From assembly GCA_039815185.1 (NCBI GenBank), contig JBCBZT010000016.1, positions 32,001-96,000 on the forward strand: a stretch of DNA of 64,000 bases, written 5' to 3'. Made by a program: the position numbers and the translations under genes. Positions 29,989 to 39,053 of this stretch are shown one piece after another (the first letter of the stretch is position 1; every line of letters begins with the position of its first letter). Origin of the DNA: Cyanobacteria bacterium P01_A01_bin.123 (GTDB lineage: Bacteria; Cyanobacteriota; Cyanobacteriia; Phormidesmidales; Phormidesmidaceae). The notes beneath the pieces were generated by a model. The model ran no database searches, was not told the DNA's origin, and saw nothing but the letters and a program-made list of their open reading frames with translations.

Positions 29989-30585
29989 TTAAACGGCTAC
30001 GGCTTGGCAGTCTGCCTCTAGGTATTTAGGTGCCTCAGCACAAAGCCACTGCATACAGATATGTCCCACAATCAGCTGTAAGTCCTCTGCAATCTGCATA
30101 TCATTGACTGGAAAATGCAAAGCTACTTGTGCTAACCCCTTACACTGTCCACCAGAGAACCCCAAAATCGCAAAGGTTTTCATCCCCAGAGCGTTACCGA
30201 CTTCCAATGCCTTGACAATATTAGGCGAATTACCACTCCCCGATAGCACTACCAATACATCTCCTGGCTTTGCTTTGACCTGCAATTGATAGCTATAAAT
30301 CTCGTCATACCCTAAGTCATTGGCCAAACACGTCATGACTGCTGGATTCGCACTCAAGGCTTCCACCCTCAAGCCGCCCCCCACCTGCATTCCTGCGCCA
30401 TAGATCAAATCATTAGCCAAGTGGATAGCATTTCCAGCACTACCCCCATTGCCACAGAGATAGACGCTATTTCCACTCTTCCAAGCCGACATGAGTGCCA
30501 TTCCCAGTTGAGAAATGAGGGTTGTGGCCTCTTGTTCAAGAGCATATTGCAAGCGCTCTATGTAGCCCTGAATGTAGTTATCCAT
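29989..30585 (-). CDS. gmhA: Phosphoheptose isomerase (SIS domain)
   Basis: CGNGGSA, LANDLGY, SGSGNSPN. Confidence 0.85.
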   Translation of the reverse strand: MDNYIQGYIERLQYALEQEATTLISQLGMALMSAWKSGNSVYLCGNGGSAGNAIHLANDLIYGAGMQVGGGLRVEALSANPAVMTCLANDLGYDEIYSYQLQVKAKPGDVLVVLSGSGNSPNIVKALEVGNALGMKTFAILGFSGGQCKGLAQVALHFPVNDMQIAEDLQLIVGHICMQWLCAEAPKYLEADCQAVAV

Positions 30586-30611
30586 AGATAGTCATTGAAA
30601 CAATTTGTCAA

Positions 30612-31181
30612 TTACTTCGTTGCCCAATTAGCCGCATCTGTGAGGTAATTCTGAATGTCAGTAAGGTCTGCAACTGTAGCTGTGGGGACAACATCCGAAG
30701 CAGGCAATGCTGTACGAGCGTAAAGAATATTACACCCAACACCCGCTGCTTGACCAGCAGCGATATCCCGATACTGGTCTCCGACAAGCACCGAACTGCT
30801 TAGGTCTAAGTTGAATGCCTGAGCCGCGGCCAAAATCATACCGGGTTGGGGCTTCCGCCAATTTGACTCTCGCTGATATTTCCCAATTCCTGCCGTAGGG
30901 TGATACGGGCAATAATAAACCTGATCAATGGGACAAGCTTGCTCTTCAAATACCGACAACATCCAGCCCGTCAACTGATAGAAATCAGCTTCTGTATAAT
31001 AACCCCGCCCAATCCCCGATTGGTTCGTGACAATGAAGAGACGATTACTCAACTGACGAGCATGGCGGCAAAGGTCAAAAATACCCTCTACGAACTCAAT
31101 CTGCTCAGGCCGATAAACATATTTCCGATCCTGATTAACAACGCCATCGCGATCTAGAAACAAAGCCCGATGCCGATTCAT
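30612..31181 (-). CDS. gmhB: Heptose 1,7-bisphosphate phosphatase (HAD IIIA)
   Basis: FLDRDGVVN, TNQSGIGRG, RKPQPGM, VGD. Confidence 0.88.
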   Translation of the reverse strand: MNRHRALFLDRDGVVNQDRKYVYRPEQIEFVEGIFDLCRHARQLSNRLFIVTNQSGIGRGYYTEADFYQLTGWMLSVFEEQACPIDQVYYCPYHPTAGIGKYQRESNWRKPQPGMILAAAQAFNLDLSSSVLVGDQYRDIAAGQAAGVGCNILYARTALPASDVVPTATVADLTDIQNYLTDAANWATK

Positions 31182-31202
31182 CACGTTGGATAATTCAACC
31201 CA

Positions 31203-33032
31203 TCAGCGATAACTTGTGCCAACCATCTTCTGAAAGCTTGGGCTGACATTCAATAGTTCCTCATAAGTGCCTTGCGCCACAATTCGACCTTGATCCAGCT
31301 CAAAAATCAGGTCGCAATGTTCAACCGTCGTTAAGCGATGGGCGATTAATAAAATTGTAAGGTTTCGATCCAGTTCATTGATTGAATCCATAACGGCTCG
31401 CTCTGTTGAGTTGTCCAAAGCACTGGTTGCTTCATCAAATACTAGAACTGAAGATTTCTTATAGAGTGCGCGAGCAATGCCGATCCGCTGCCTTTGTCCT
31501 CCCGAAATTCGAATTCCCCGCTCTCCAATTAAAGTTCTATACCCTTTTGGTTGAGATTCAATAAAATCTGCTATCTTTGCTTGTCGCGCGGCAAACTGAA
31601 CCTGCTCCAGATCGATATTATCAACGGAAACTCCCAATGCAATGTTTTCTGAAAATGTTGCATCGGTCAGAAAAATGTTCTGGGGAACATGGGAAATATT
31701 TCGCTGCCAGGCGCGCAGTTGCTGTTCATCAAGCACCCGGCCATCGATTAAAATACTGCCCTTCAAAGGGGATAAGAGACCCATCATCAAATCTAAAGTT
31801 GTGCTCTTTCCACTACCGGTAGCACCTACAAATGCCACTCTCATCCCTTTTTTAACCGTGAAGCTAAGTCCACTAAGCAGCATTGGGCCAGAATCACCAT
31901 ACCGGAAAGTTATATCTTCAAAGCAAATAGACGATTCAAACTTCAAGGGTAATGGAGTAGGCTCAGCGATCCATTTGGGCAGAGGCTGTTCAAGTAACGC
32001 TAAAACATCCATTAACGAAGCTTTATTCCCAGATATAGAAGCCCATGAAGCATAGGCTTGGTGAAGTGCAGGGAGTAAACGCTTGGCCCCTAAAGCTAAA
32101 GCACCCAGAACTGGCAAAGCATTTGAAACACCATTAGATGTGTAGGTTAGGCCATAGGCAATAAAGGTAATGATAACAATGCCAAGTGCCTCCATAAAGG
32201 GAGCTGGGCTACTCGCTATGAAAACATTCCGCCCACTGGCATAACGCAGTGGAATATCAGATCTGCGATAAATGTCGCAGTACATAGATTGTGAATTGTC
32301 TAAGAGAACATCGCGAATGCCCCCTAACCCTTCTTGTAAAGCCTTGAGAACCTGAGTAGCCTCATAAGCTATGCGCTGACTATTTCTGCTTAACTGCCGA
32401 CGGGAAACTTTAGTTACTAGCACGTAACTCGTGCCAAATACTAATAGGGCAAAGCAGGCGACCCAAGGGTTAATTACGATTAAGGTTAAAAGGACTAATG
32501 TAATCAGTATAAGTGCGCTTAAAAAGGTTAGAAGGCTATAAAATACAGTTACCGCAATACCTATTTTATTCATCCCTGAAATTACTTCGCTGCTATTTCG
32601 CGCAACATGCACTTGATAGGGCTGATAGAGTGTGCGTTGATAGGCTTGAACACTTAGATCTGCACCAGCAGCATATGAAAGTCGAGTATTGCACCATAAA
32701 AACAGTAATCTTCCGCCAGCCGCTATGATGGTGCACAGGGTAAATAACAGCGTTATGGGTAATATAAGCTGATTTGCCGAGCTAATACCTAAAACCTGAG
32801 ATATAGATTGAACTAGCCTATAGTTAAACAACTGTTCAGGCTCTGTCAAAACCTGTAAGAAGGGTATAACAGCGCTTAGAGTAATGACATCCAGAAATGA
32901 GCTGGACATCATTAATACAGCTAAAAGTAAGAATTGCCGTTTCCGACGCTGGCTAAGGTATTGCCAAAGACCCAATATCAGAGAAATAAGACTGGCTGAT
33001 TGACGACGAGTTTTTTTGATCTTATTCCTCAT
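31203..33032 (-). CDS. ABC transporter, fused permease + ATPase (PglK/HepA-like glycan flippase)
   Basis: Multi-TM N-terminal half; GATGSGKST, ISGGQRQR, DEATSALD. Confidence 0.88.
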   Translation of the reverse strand: MRNKIKKTRRQSASLISLILGLWQYLSQRRKRQFLLLAVLMMSSSFLDVITLSAVIPFLQVLTEPEQLFNYRLVQSISQVLGISSANQLILPITLLFTLCTIIAAGGRLLFLWCNTRLSYAAGADLSVQAYQRTLYQPYQVHVARNSSEVISGMNKIGIAVTVFYSLLTFLSALILITLVLLTLIVINPWVACFALLVFGTSYVLVTKVSRRQLSRNSQRIAYEATQVLKALQEGLGGIRDVLLDNSQSMYCDIYRRSDIPLRYASGRNVFIASSPAPFMEALGIVIITFIAYGLTYTSNGVSNALPVLGALALGAKRLLPALHQAYASWASISGNKASLMDVLALLEQPLPKWIAEPTPLPLKFESSICFEDITFRYGDSGPMLLSGLSFTVKKGMRVAFVGATGSGKSTTLDLMMGLLSPLKGSILIDGRVLDEQQLRAWQRNISHVPQNIFLTDATFSENIALGVSVDNIDLEQVQFAARQAKIADFIESQPKGYRTLIGERGIRISGGQRQRIGIARALYKKSSVLVFDEATSALDNSTERAVMDSINELDRNLTILLIAHRLTTVEHCDLIFELDQGRIVAQGTYEELLNVSPSFQKMVGTSYR

Positions 33033-33129
33033 TAAATTGAAAAATCTGGGTTAATTTCAAGTTTAAGATGGACTCGATACAAACTAATTAAAGTCAGGCT
33101 ATTGCTAAAAAACTTTTACTGTTCTGCCT

Positions 33130-33588
33130 TTATTTCGCAAATCTGAAATCTCTATAGCCGCCAAACTTAATCATACGTGCTTGACGACGCGTGAAGTCGC
33201 TAACTGATGGATTGCCACGATGACTAATAACCCCCGAAACCTGATTCCAAAGTTCTCTAGATATAGGATGAATTAAATAGCTGCGATCGCCTTGTTTATG
33301 AACATGATACCAAGTGGTTTCCTCGCATTCTGGGCACCAAAATGCTTCCAACCATTCCCCTTCTAGAGGTATAGTCGTTCGGCTGGCCACTAACAATAAG
33401 GCGGTTTTGCGACCCACACCTCTTGATCTCAATTGCTCGGCAGTTTCCGCAAAAAGGGGATACTTTTGACTCACGCTGTCCAGATAACAATGGTGATCCG
33501 GACAATAAATCGCCCTGCGCTTCGAGCGTTTACGATTTCGGACAGATCTATTCTGCACTACGGCCTCTTCTGGTGACAAACTAACCAT
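33130..33588 (-). CDS. Hypothetical basic protein with putative Zn ligands
   Basis: 152 aa; RNRKRSKRR basic patch, CPDHHC and WCPEC; first gene of the glycan locus. Confidence 0.75.
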   Translation of the reverse strand: MVSLSPEEAVVQNRSVRNRKRSKRRAIYCPDHHCYLDSVSQKYPLFAETAEQLRSRGVGRKTALLLVASRTTIPLEGEWLEAFWCPECEETTWYHVHKQGDRSYLIHPISRELWNQVSGVISHRGNPSVSDFTRRQARMIKFGGYRDFRFAK

Positions 33589-33905
33589 TGTCGGAGATGA
33601 GGTTGCGCTGGAGAGACTGAGATCTAGTGACCATCAAAGCCCGCTCCTAAGGAACCTGACAAATATATAAATCTGCTATTCAGACGGATGACATTAGTAA
33701 AGGATAGTACAAAGAGGGAGGCACTGGGTAATCCTAAGGGTTTCTCAAGGCGTGTAGGTTTACGCCGTGTGCCAGATCAGATATCTCCACATCATTTAAG
33801 GCACCACCGCTGAAACGTTACTAGCCAAAAAGTAAATTCTATCCTTGACAAAATTAGCCGAATCTGTATCCATAAAGTGCTGAATTGCTGGATCTAACCC
33901 GGAGT

Positions 33906-33931
33906 TAATTTTGCTGGCGCTAGCAAAATTA
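33906..33931. promoter_or_regulatory. 26-bp near-perfect palindrome in a divergent promoter region
   Basis: TAATTTTGCTGGCGCTAGCAAAATTA. Confidence 0.4.
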
Positions 33932-34011
33932 TCGCAAGGGTAGACTTTAAGAAGTCAAGATCCAGGGTTGATTATCTGACAGAGCATTAGCCATTTGCAA
34001 GCATATAAACG

Positions 34012-35100
34012 ATGCTGAATCCTACTAACCTATTGGTGACTGGTGGAGCTGGATTCATCGGAGCCAGTTTTACTCGATACTGGCAGCAACGCTATAACAC
34101 CAAGAAATTGGTGGTGCTAGATGCTTTGACCTATGCGGGCAATCGGGAACGGTTGGAGGAGCCGGGAAGTTCAAAGCCAATCTTGCTGATTGAGGGCAAT
34201 ATTTGCGATCGTGCCCTGATCGACACCCTCCTTCAAATGCACACCATTGATACCATAGTTCACTTTGCCGCTGAATCCCATGTGGATCGCTCAATTTTGG
34301 GACCAGCGCCGTTTATCCAAACTAACTTGGTGGGTACGTTTACGCTGTTGGAAGCATTCCGATGTTACTGGCAGGCTCAGGAGCAGCCTGGACATTTTCG
34401 ATTTCTCCAGGTTTCGACTGATGAGGTCTACGGCAGCTTAGGCGCAGAAGATCCGCCGTTTACAGAAAAAACTTCCTACGCACCCAATAGCCCCTACGCC
34501 GCGTCTAAAGCTGGGAGCGATCATTTGGTGCAGGCTTATCATCACACCTATGGTTTGCCAACCCTAATTACGAACTGTTCCAACAACTATGGGCCATATC
34601 AGCACCCAGAAAAATTGATCCCACTGATGGCAGTAAATGTCTTGATGGGTAAGCCTTTGCCCGTTTATGGTGACGGCCAGAACATTCGAGATTGGCTGTA
34701 TGTAGAAGATCATTGTGAGGCCTTAGATCAGGTGCTGCATCGGGGATTGCCTGGGGCAACTTATAACATTGGGGGGAATTTTGAAATTCGAAATCTAGAT
34801 TTGGTGATGTTGCTGTGTGATTTGATGGATGAACTGGTACCCGATTTGCCAGTGTCTCCTGCCAAGGCGCTGATCACTTTTGTTGAAGATCGCCCGGGTC
34901 ACGATCGCCGCTACGCCATGGACATCACCAAAATTCACCGCGAACTGGGTTGGTCGCCGAAGACACCTTTTCAAGAAGGGCTATGGCGATCGCTGCAGTG
35001 GTATATTGACCACACCGATTGGTGGCGTCCGCTGCTACCTGACGACTATCAACAGTTCTATGACCAACGCTATGGGAACCGCTTGGGAGGGAATGACTGA
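34012..35100 (+). CDS. rfbB: dTDP-glucose 4,6-dehydratase
   Basis: TGGAGFIG, DALTYAGN, FAAESHVDRS, STDEVYG, YAASK, DRPGHDRRY. Confidence 0.95.
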   Translation: MLNPTNLLVTGGAGFIGASFTRYWQQRYNTKKLVVLDALTYAGNRERLEEPGSSKPILLIEGNICDRALIDTLLQMHTIDTIVHFAAESHVDRSILGPAPFIQTNLVGTFTLLEAFRCYWQAQEQPGHFRFLQVSTDEVYGSLGAEDPPFTEKTSYAPNSPYAASKAGSDHLVQAYHHTYGLPTLITNCSNNYGPYQHPEKLIPLMAVNVLMGKPLPVYGDGQNIRDWLYVEDHCEALDQVLHRGLPGATYNIGGNFEIRNLDLVMLLCDLMDELVPDLPVSPAKALITFVEDRPGHDRRYAMDITKIHRELGWSPKTPFQEGLWRSLQWYIDHTDWWRPLLPDDYQQFYDQRYGNRLGGND

Positions 35101-35103
35101 AGC

Positions 35104-35469
35104 TCAGCGAGCAGTCACCAAAATTACCCCAGCCATGATTAATCCCAAACCAACCATTCGTCCCAGTGAAACAGCCTCCTTGAAGACAAAAACACCCACT
35201 AGGACGGTCACAAAATAAATTAAGGAAGCTGAGGGCGCAGCCACGCTAAGCTTGACGCGGGTGAGGAGCAAAATATACGCGATCGCGCCTATGCCGTAAG
35301 ACATCAAGCCCAAAATCAATTCGGGCACGGTGATAATGCTGAGAATATGGCTAATGGCGTTGCCTGCGGTGACTTTGCCCAGTTTGAGCGCGCCCAGCTT
35401 GAGAAACAGTTGCCCGAGGGAACTAGAGAGGACGGCAACCAGTAGCAACCCAAATTCTTGCAGAGTCAA
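35104..35469 (-). CDS. SMR/EamA (DMT) small membrane protein, ArnE/F-like
   Basis: 121 aa, four hydrophobic segments, GQLFLK and FKE..S..R..G motifs. Confidence 0.75.
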   Translation of the reverse strand: MTLQEFGLLLVAVLSSSLGQLFLKLGALKLGKVTAGNAISHILSIITVPELILGLMSYGIGAIAYILLLTRVKLSVAAPSASLIYFVTVLVGVFVFKEAVSLGRMVGLGLIMAGVILVTAR

Positions 35470-35523
35470 ATCGTGGTTCTCTTTGTCAACAACTGCGATC
35501 GCATCATACAGGAGTTTTTCACC

Positions 35524-35560
35524 AAAAACCTCTCCTGGTCATCATTAGATCAGGAGAGGT
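35524..35560 (-). terminator. Intrinsic terminator of the sigma factor gene
   Basis: Minus strand ACCTCTCCTGATC-7 nt-GACCAGGAGAGGT followed by a T run, about 30 nt after the stop. Confidence 0.7.
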
Positions 35561-35591
35561 AAAGCAAAACTGCAAGTGGATGAGCACTACC

Positions 35592-36548
35592 CTAACTGGC
35601 CAGGTATGCACGCATTTCAGTTTGGCGCTTCCGCAGCTTAGTTAAAGCTTCACGCTCAATTTGGCGAACCCGTTCACGGCTGATGCTGAGCCGGTCCCCA
35701 ATTTTGGCTAAGGTCATGGTGCTGCCATCGACCAAACCAAATCGCAGAGACAAAACCTCTTGCTGCTGGGGCGTCAAATCAGCCATTAGCCGCTCTAGAT
35801 CAGTTTTAAGGGAAGATTGAACGGCAAAGTCCTCAGGGGATTGGCCCGTATCTTCTAGGAGATCAACCAGTTCAGTGTCTTGGTTATCACCCACTCGCAA
35901 ATCTAAGGAAAGTGGCTGCCGCGACCGCTCAAGGTATTCACGGACTTGCTTGGGTGTCAGCTCTAAAGTCTCAGCCAATTCGTGTACCGTAGCGGCACGT
36001 CCCAAGTTCTGAGAAAGCTGCCGTTGGGCTTTCTTAATTTTGTTTAGCTTTTCGGTGATGTGAATGGGCAAGCGGATGGTGCGACTCTTTTCTGCGATCG
36101 CCCGGGTAATCGCCTGACGAATCCACCAGTAAGCGTAGGTAGAGAAGCGATAGCCTTTGGCGGGATCAAACTTTTCAACCCCCCGCTGCATGCCAATGGT
36201 GCCTTCTTGAATTAAGTCCAACAGGTCAACATTGCGCTTGATGTATTTCTTTGCCACGGAAACCACCAAGCGCAAATTAGCTTCAACCATTTTGCGCTTT
36301 GCGGCTTTACCCGATCTGATCACTTGCTCAAGCTCAGATTGGGATAAATCAGCTTCCTTTGACCACTCATCTAAAGTAGGCTGGCGGTCTAAACGCTCGG
36401 TCAAAGCCTCACGGGTTTCATTCAGCCGAGAGAGCATCTTGACCTGCTTGCCAAGCAAGATTTCTTCCTCGTGAGTTAGGAGAGGTACACGACCAATTTC
36501 CTTCAAATAGGTACGAACGAGGTCAGTTGAGGTCTGAGCGGGTTTCAT
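35592..36548 (-). CDS. sigD: Group 2 RNA polymerase sigma factor, SigD-like
   Basis: [48 protein letters not shown]; short N-terminus. Confidence 0.8.
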   Translation of the reverse strand: MKPAQTSTDLVRTYLKEIGRVPLLTHEEEILLGKQVKMLSRLNETREALTERLDRQPTLDEWSKEADLSQSELEQVIRSGKAAKRKMVEANLRLVVSVAKKYIKRNVDLLDLIQEGTIGMQRGVEKFDPAKGYRFSTYAYWWIRQAITRAIAEKSRTIRLPIHITEKLNKIKKAQRQLSQNLGRAATVHELAETLELTPKQVREYLERSRQPLSLDLRVGDNQDTELVDLLEDTGQSPEDFAVQSSLKTDLERLMADLTPQQQEVLSLRFGLVDGSTMTLAKIGDRLSISRERVRQIEREALTKLRKRQTEMRAYLAS

Positions 36549-36821
36549 AGCGAAACGGTTTGTTGATGGATGGATAGGCTAGTAGTTCAGCCGAGAAAAA
36601 AATGTTTTTGAAGCCCATTCCTAAGGAGTGCGGTTGGCTGATCTACCGATCACGACGGGGGTCAACAGGAACAGGTATTGCCTCAGGTTGATGCTCAACC
36701 GCCTGATCGGTCTGTTTCAAACGTTCTAGGGCCAGTCCGCCCAGCAATGCGGTTGTCGTAATTAAAATTGCGGTTTCAATTGTCATGGGACGATCCTTAA
36801 AGGGAGCAATTAAAAAGGTTA

Positions 36822-36839
36822 TCTGTAAACAATTGTAAC
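36822..36839 (-). promoter_or_regulatory. HLR1 (RpaB-binding) motif candidate
   Basis: Minus strand GTTACAAT-TG-TTTACAGA vs consensus KTTACAWW-N2-KTTACAWW, one mismatch. Confidence 0.6.
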
Positions 36840-37239
36840 ACTTGCTCAGGAATTTGCCCCTGGTTTATGAGAATTCTGAAAGTTCGGCGAATTCCAGCAG
36901 ACTCCCCGCAGTTTACCGAAACATAAGTCTTCTCAATGAAAATATCTGCATCCTGACGAACAAAACGCTTTACTTTTTCTGAGAAAGTTCAACAAAAATC
37001 TATAAAAAATATTAAATGAAATAAATGCTGAACGCGATCGCATCAGATGCTGAATCTTTACAACAGGCCATAATCAACGAAGCGTCTTCGGAAACATCGA
37101 TAAAGTCTCAGCTCCATCGATCAAAGCACTATAGAAATGAGATGACGCTTCGAGGCTAGATGGAATAGTGCAATTGAACTATTCTTGAGCTCAGATCGCA
37201 ATAAGTAAATATACCTGTCAGTGTATTGCTGTCCTGATC

Positions 37240-38694
37240 TTAGGGAGCTAAGCGGGCTTTTTTAAGGCGATTGTCTTCATACCAGGTTGCGATTGCCGGC
37301 ACCCAAGCCGCAAAATGAGGCCAAATATACTCACATAGCTTTTGGGCTTCGAGTTGAGCATCAGCTTTCCAGCGCAAATCGAGCAGATGCATTAAAGACC
37401 GGACATTAGCAGAGAGCACCCAATGTTGTCGCACGTCGAAGGGAATCAGCCCCCGGGCATGTTCTTCAGAAAGCCCTTGATCGATGCGCAGTTTATAGAG
37501 CCGACAGGCTTCCAAGCACCAGTCCATGTCCTGCTGACGCTGATCTTCGGTATAGTCGTATTTTTTACCCTGGCGGTTGGTGTAAGCGCCCAGCGGCCGC
37601 AGGTAAAACACGTCTTCTACGTCTGTTTTGCCCTCAGCAACATCCAAGATCCGAGAACCTGTATACCTAAAGGAGTTGTGTACGACTGCGCCATTGGCAA
37701 CAAAGTTATGCCATTGCCCTTCAACTTCCAAGTCATAAGTCGTCTGAAAACCCAAAAACTCAACTCTTTCGACCTTGACAGGATGTGCCGCGAGTCTACG
37801 AGAAGCCGGTTGTTTCTTTTCCTTCCATTGAACCGGCAGTGTAAGCGGTTGAAAATTCTCCGCAAATTCCGATTCAAGATTCTGGCTATGTAATTTGGTG
37901 TGCAAACCTTTGTCCGATTGAGCTTGTAACCAGCCTTTCTGCGAATACAAAGCGTCTGGACGCAACAAACCATTACACATCACCTCACAGTGCTTAGTCG
38001 TTGCTAAAACACTGTGATCCTTGTCAGCGACTAATCCCACAGCATCACCCATATGCTGCCAGCCTTCCGAAGTCAAAAGGCGGTGGTTAGTTGTACAGTC
38101 TAAGGTCTTGCCATCAGCCAACGTCATCCGATATAACGGTTGCTCGCCGCTGCACATTACCGAACTCAAGTGGCTAGTTTCAAAAAAGCCTGTATCTTCA
38201 TTAAGAACTCGCAGGCTCATTTTTTTAAGGCGCTTTTTGCAATCGCGACGATACGAACCGGGGGGTTCACCATTCCGCCCTCTCACCTTGCGTTCTCTAA
38301 CAGCCTTCTCTCCGTTCTCCCATAAGTCAAATAGCGTTGAGATTGCGTACTTTTGTAAGCGGCCTGAAGCATGAACAAACGTAACTTCGGTATCGCCACC
38401 GAGACACTGCACATCAAAGCTGACCCCAACCCGATGCGTCCGGATTTGCTGCATAGTGCTGTGGGGAAACCAACCGCAGTTGAGCACGATTTGAGGATGC
38501 TCTAGGGGGCCATAGTGGCCCCTGCCGCCCTTAAGTAGATTTTTGATAATCACATCCCCACAGTCCGCTTCATCCGGGAAGCGATCGCGCTCATGCCAGA
38601 CAAACCCTTCGGCATAGTCTTGGTGCATGGCAGCGTAAATCGTTTGCTGGGGGTTTGGAGTTTGAGAAATAACTTCGACAGTAAAGCGATCCAT
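37240..38694 (-). CDS. thyX: FAD-dependent thymidylate synthase, intein-containing precursor
   Basis: GHYGPLEH, QIRTHRVGVSFDVQ|SFRY, EHARG; exteins total 240 aa. Confidence 0.93.
   Translation of the reverse strand: MDRFTVEVISQTPNPQQTIYAAMHQDYAEGFVWHERDRFPDEADCGDVIIKNLLKGGRGHYGPLEHPQIVLNCGWFPHSTMQQIRTHRVGVSFDVQCLGGDTEVTFVHASGRLQKYAISTLFDLWENGEKAVRERKVRGRNGEPPGSYRRDCKKRLKKMSLRVLNEDTGFFETSHLSSVMCSGEQPLYRMTLADGKTLDCTTNHRLLTSEGWQHMGDAVGLVADKDHSVLATTKHCEVMCNGLLRPDALYSQKGWLQAQSDKGLHTKLHSQNLESEFAENFQPLTLPVQWKEKKQPASRRLAAHPVKVERVEFLGFQTTYDLEVEGQWHNFVANGAVVHNSFRYTGSRILDVAEGKTDVEDVFYLRPLGAYTNRQGKKYDYTEDQRQQDMDWCLEACRLYKLRIDQGLSEEHARGLIPFDVRQHWVLSANVRSLMHLLDLRWKADAQLEAQKLCEYIWPHFAAWVPAIATWYEDNRLKKARLAP
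37675..38406 (-). mobile_element. Intein (244 aa) with no recognisable intact endonuclease
   Basis: Starts CLGGDT (block A), CTTNHRLLT (block B TxxH), YDLEV (block F), ends FVANGAVVHN followed by Ser+1. Confidence 0.93.
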
Positions 38695-38849
38695 AAAGCT
38701 GGGCAGGGTGTGGACGATTCAAAGGGGGATTACATCAATGACAACGGGCCAGGCAAATGCCCGAAAGACCCGTCCCCGAGTCATCAACAATATCTTTTAG
38801 AGACCCCCCAGCACAAAAATCTTGGTTTACTTTAAGGCGGGTCGCAAAC

Positions 38850-39053
38850 TTAATAGCTATCTTCGGTCACCGTCAGCAGGGCAAGCTGGTGGTTGGCATG
38901 GTTGAGTCGTTCTGCGATCGCGGTGCGCCACTTCAAGCTAACCGTCGTATCCGCTAGCACGTCTTGGGCCTGTTGCCGATAAGATGCACTCTTGACCGTA
39001 TCTACCTTTTCGAGCAGATTCAGGTTGTCATAGACCTCTTGGGGAGAAAGCAT
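38850..39053 (-). CDS. Small hypothetical protein
   Basis: 67 aa; AAAGGA upstream of ATG; contains a HIP1 site. Confidence 0.65.
   Translation of the reverse strand: MLSPQEVYDNLNLLEKVDTVKSASYRQQAQDVLADTTVSLKWRTAIAERLNHANHQLALLTVTEDSY

Noticed and set aside
33589..34011. ops/JUMPstart element or c-di-GMP riboswitch in the glycan leader
   Set aside because: Only a weak AGCGGTGG look-alike; no GGCGGTAG and no GEMM core seen
37423..38374. Alternative-frame ORFs in the intein region as a hidden endonuclease
   Set aside because: No LAGLIDADG, HNH or GIY-YIG motifs in their translations
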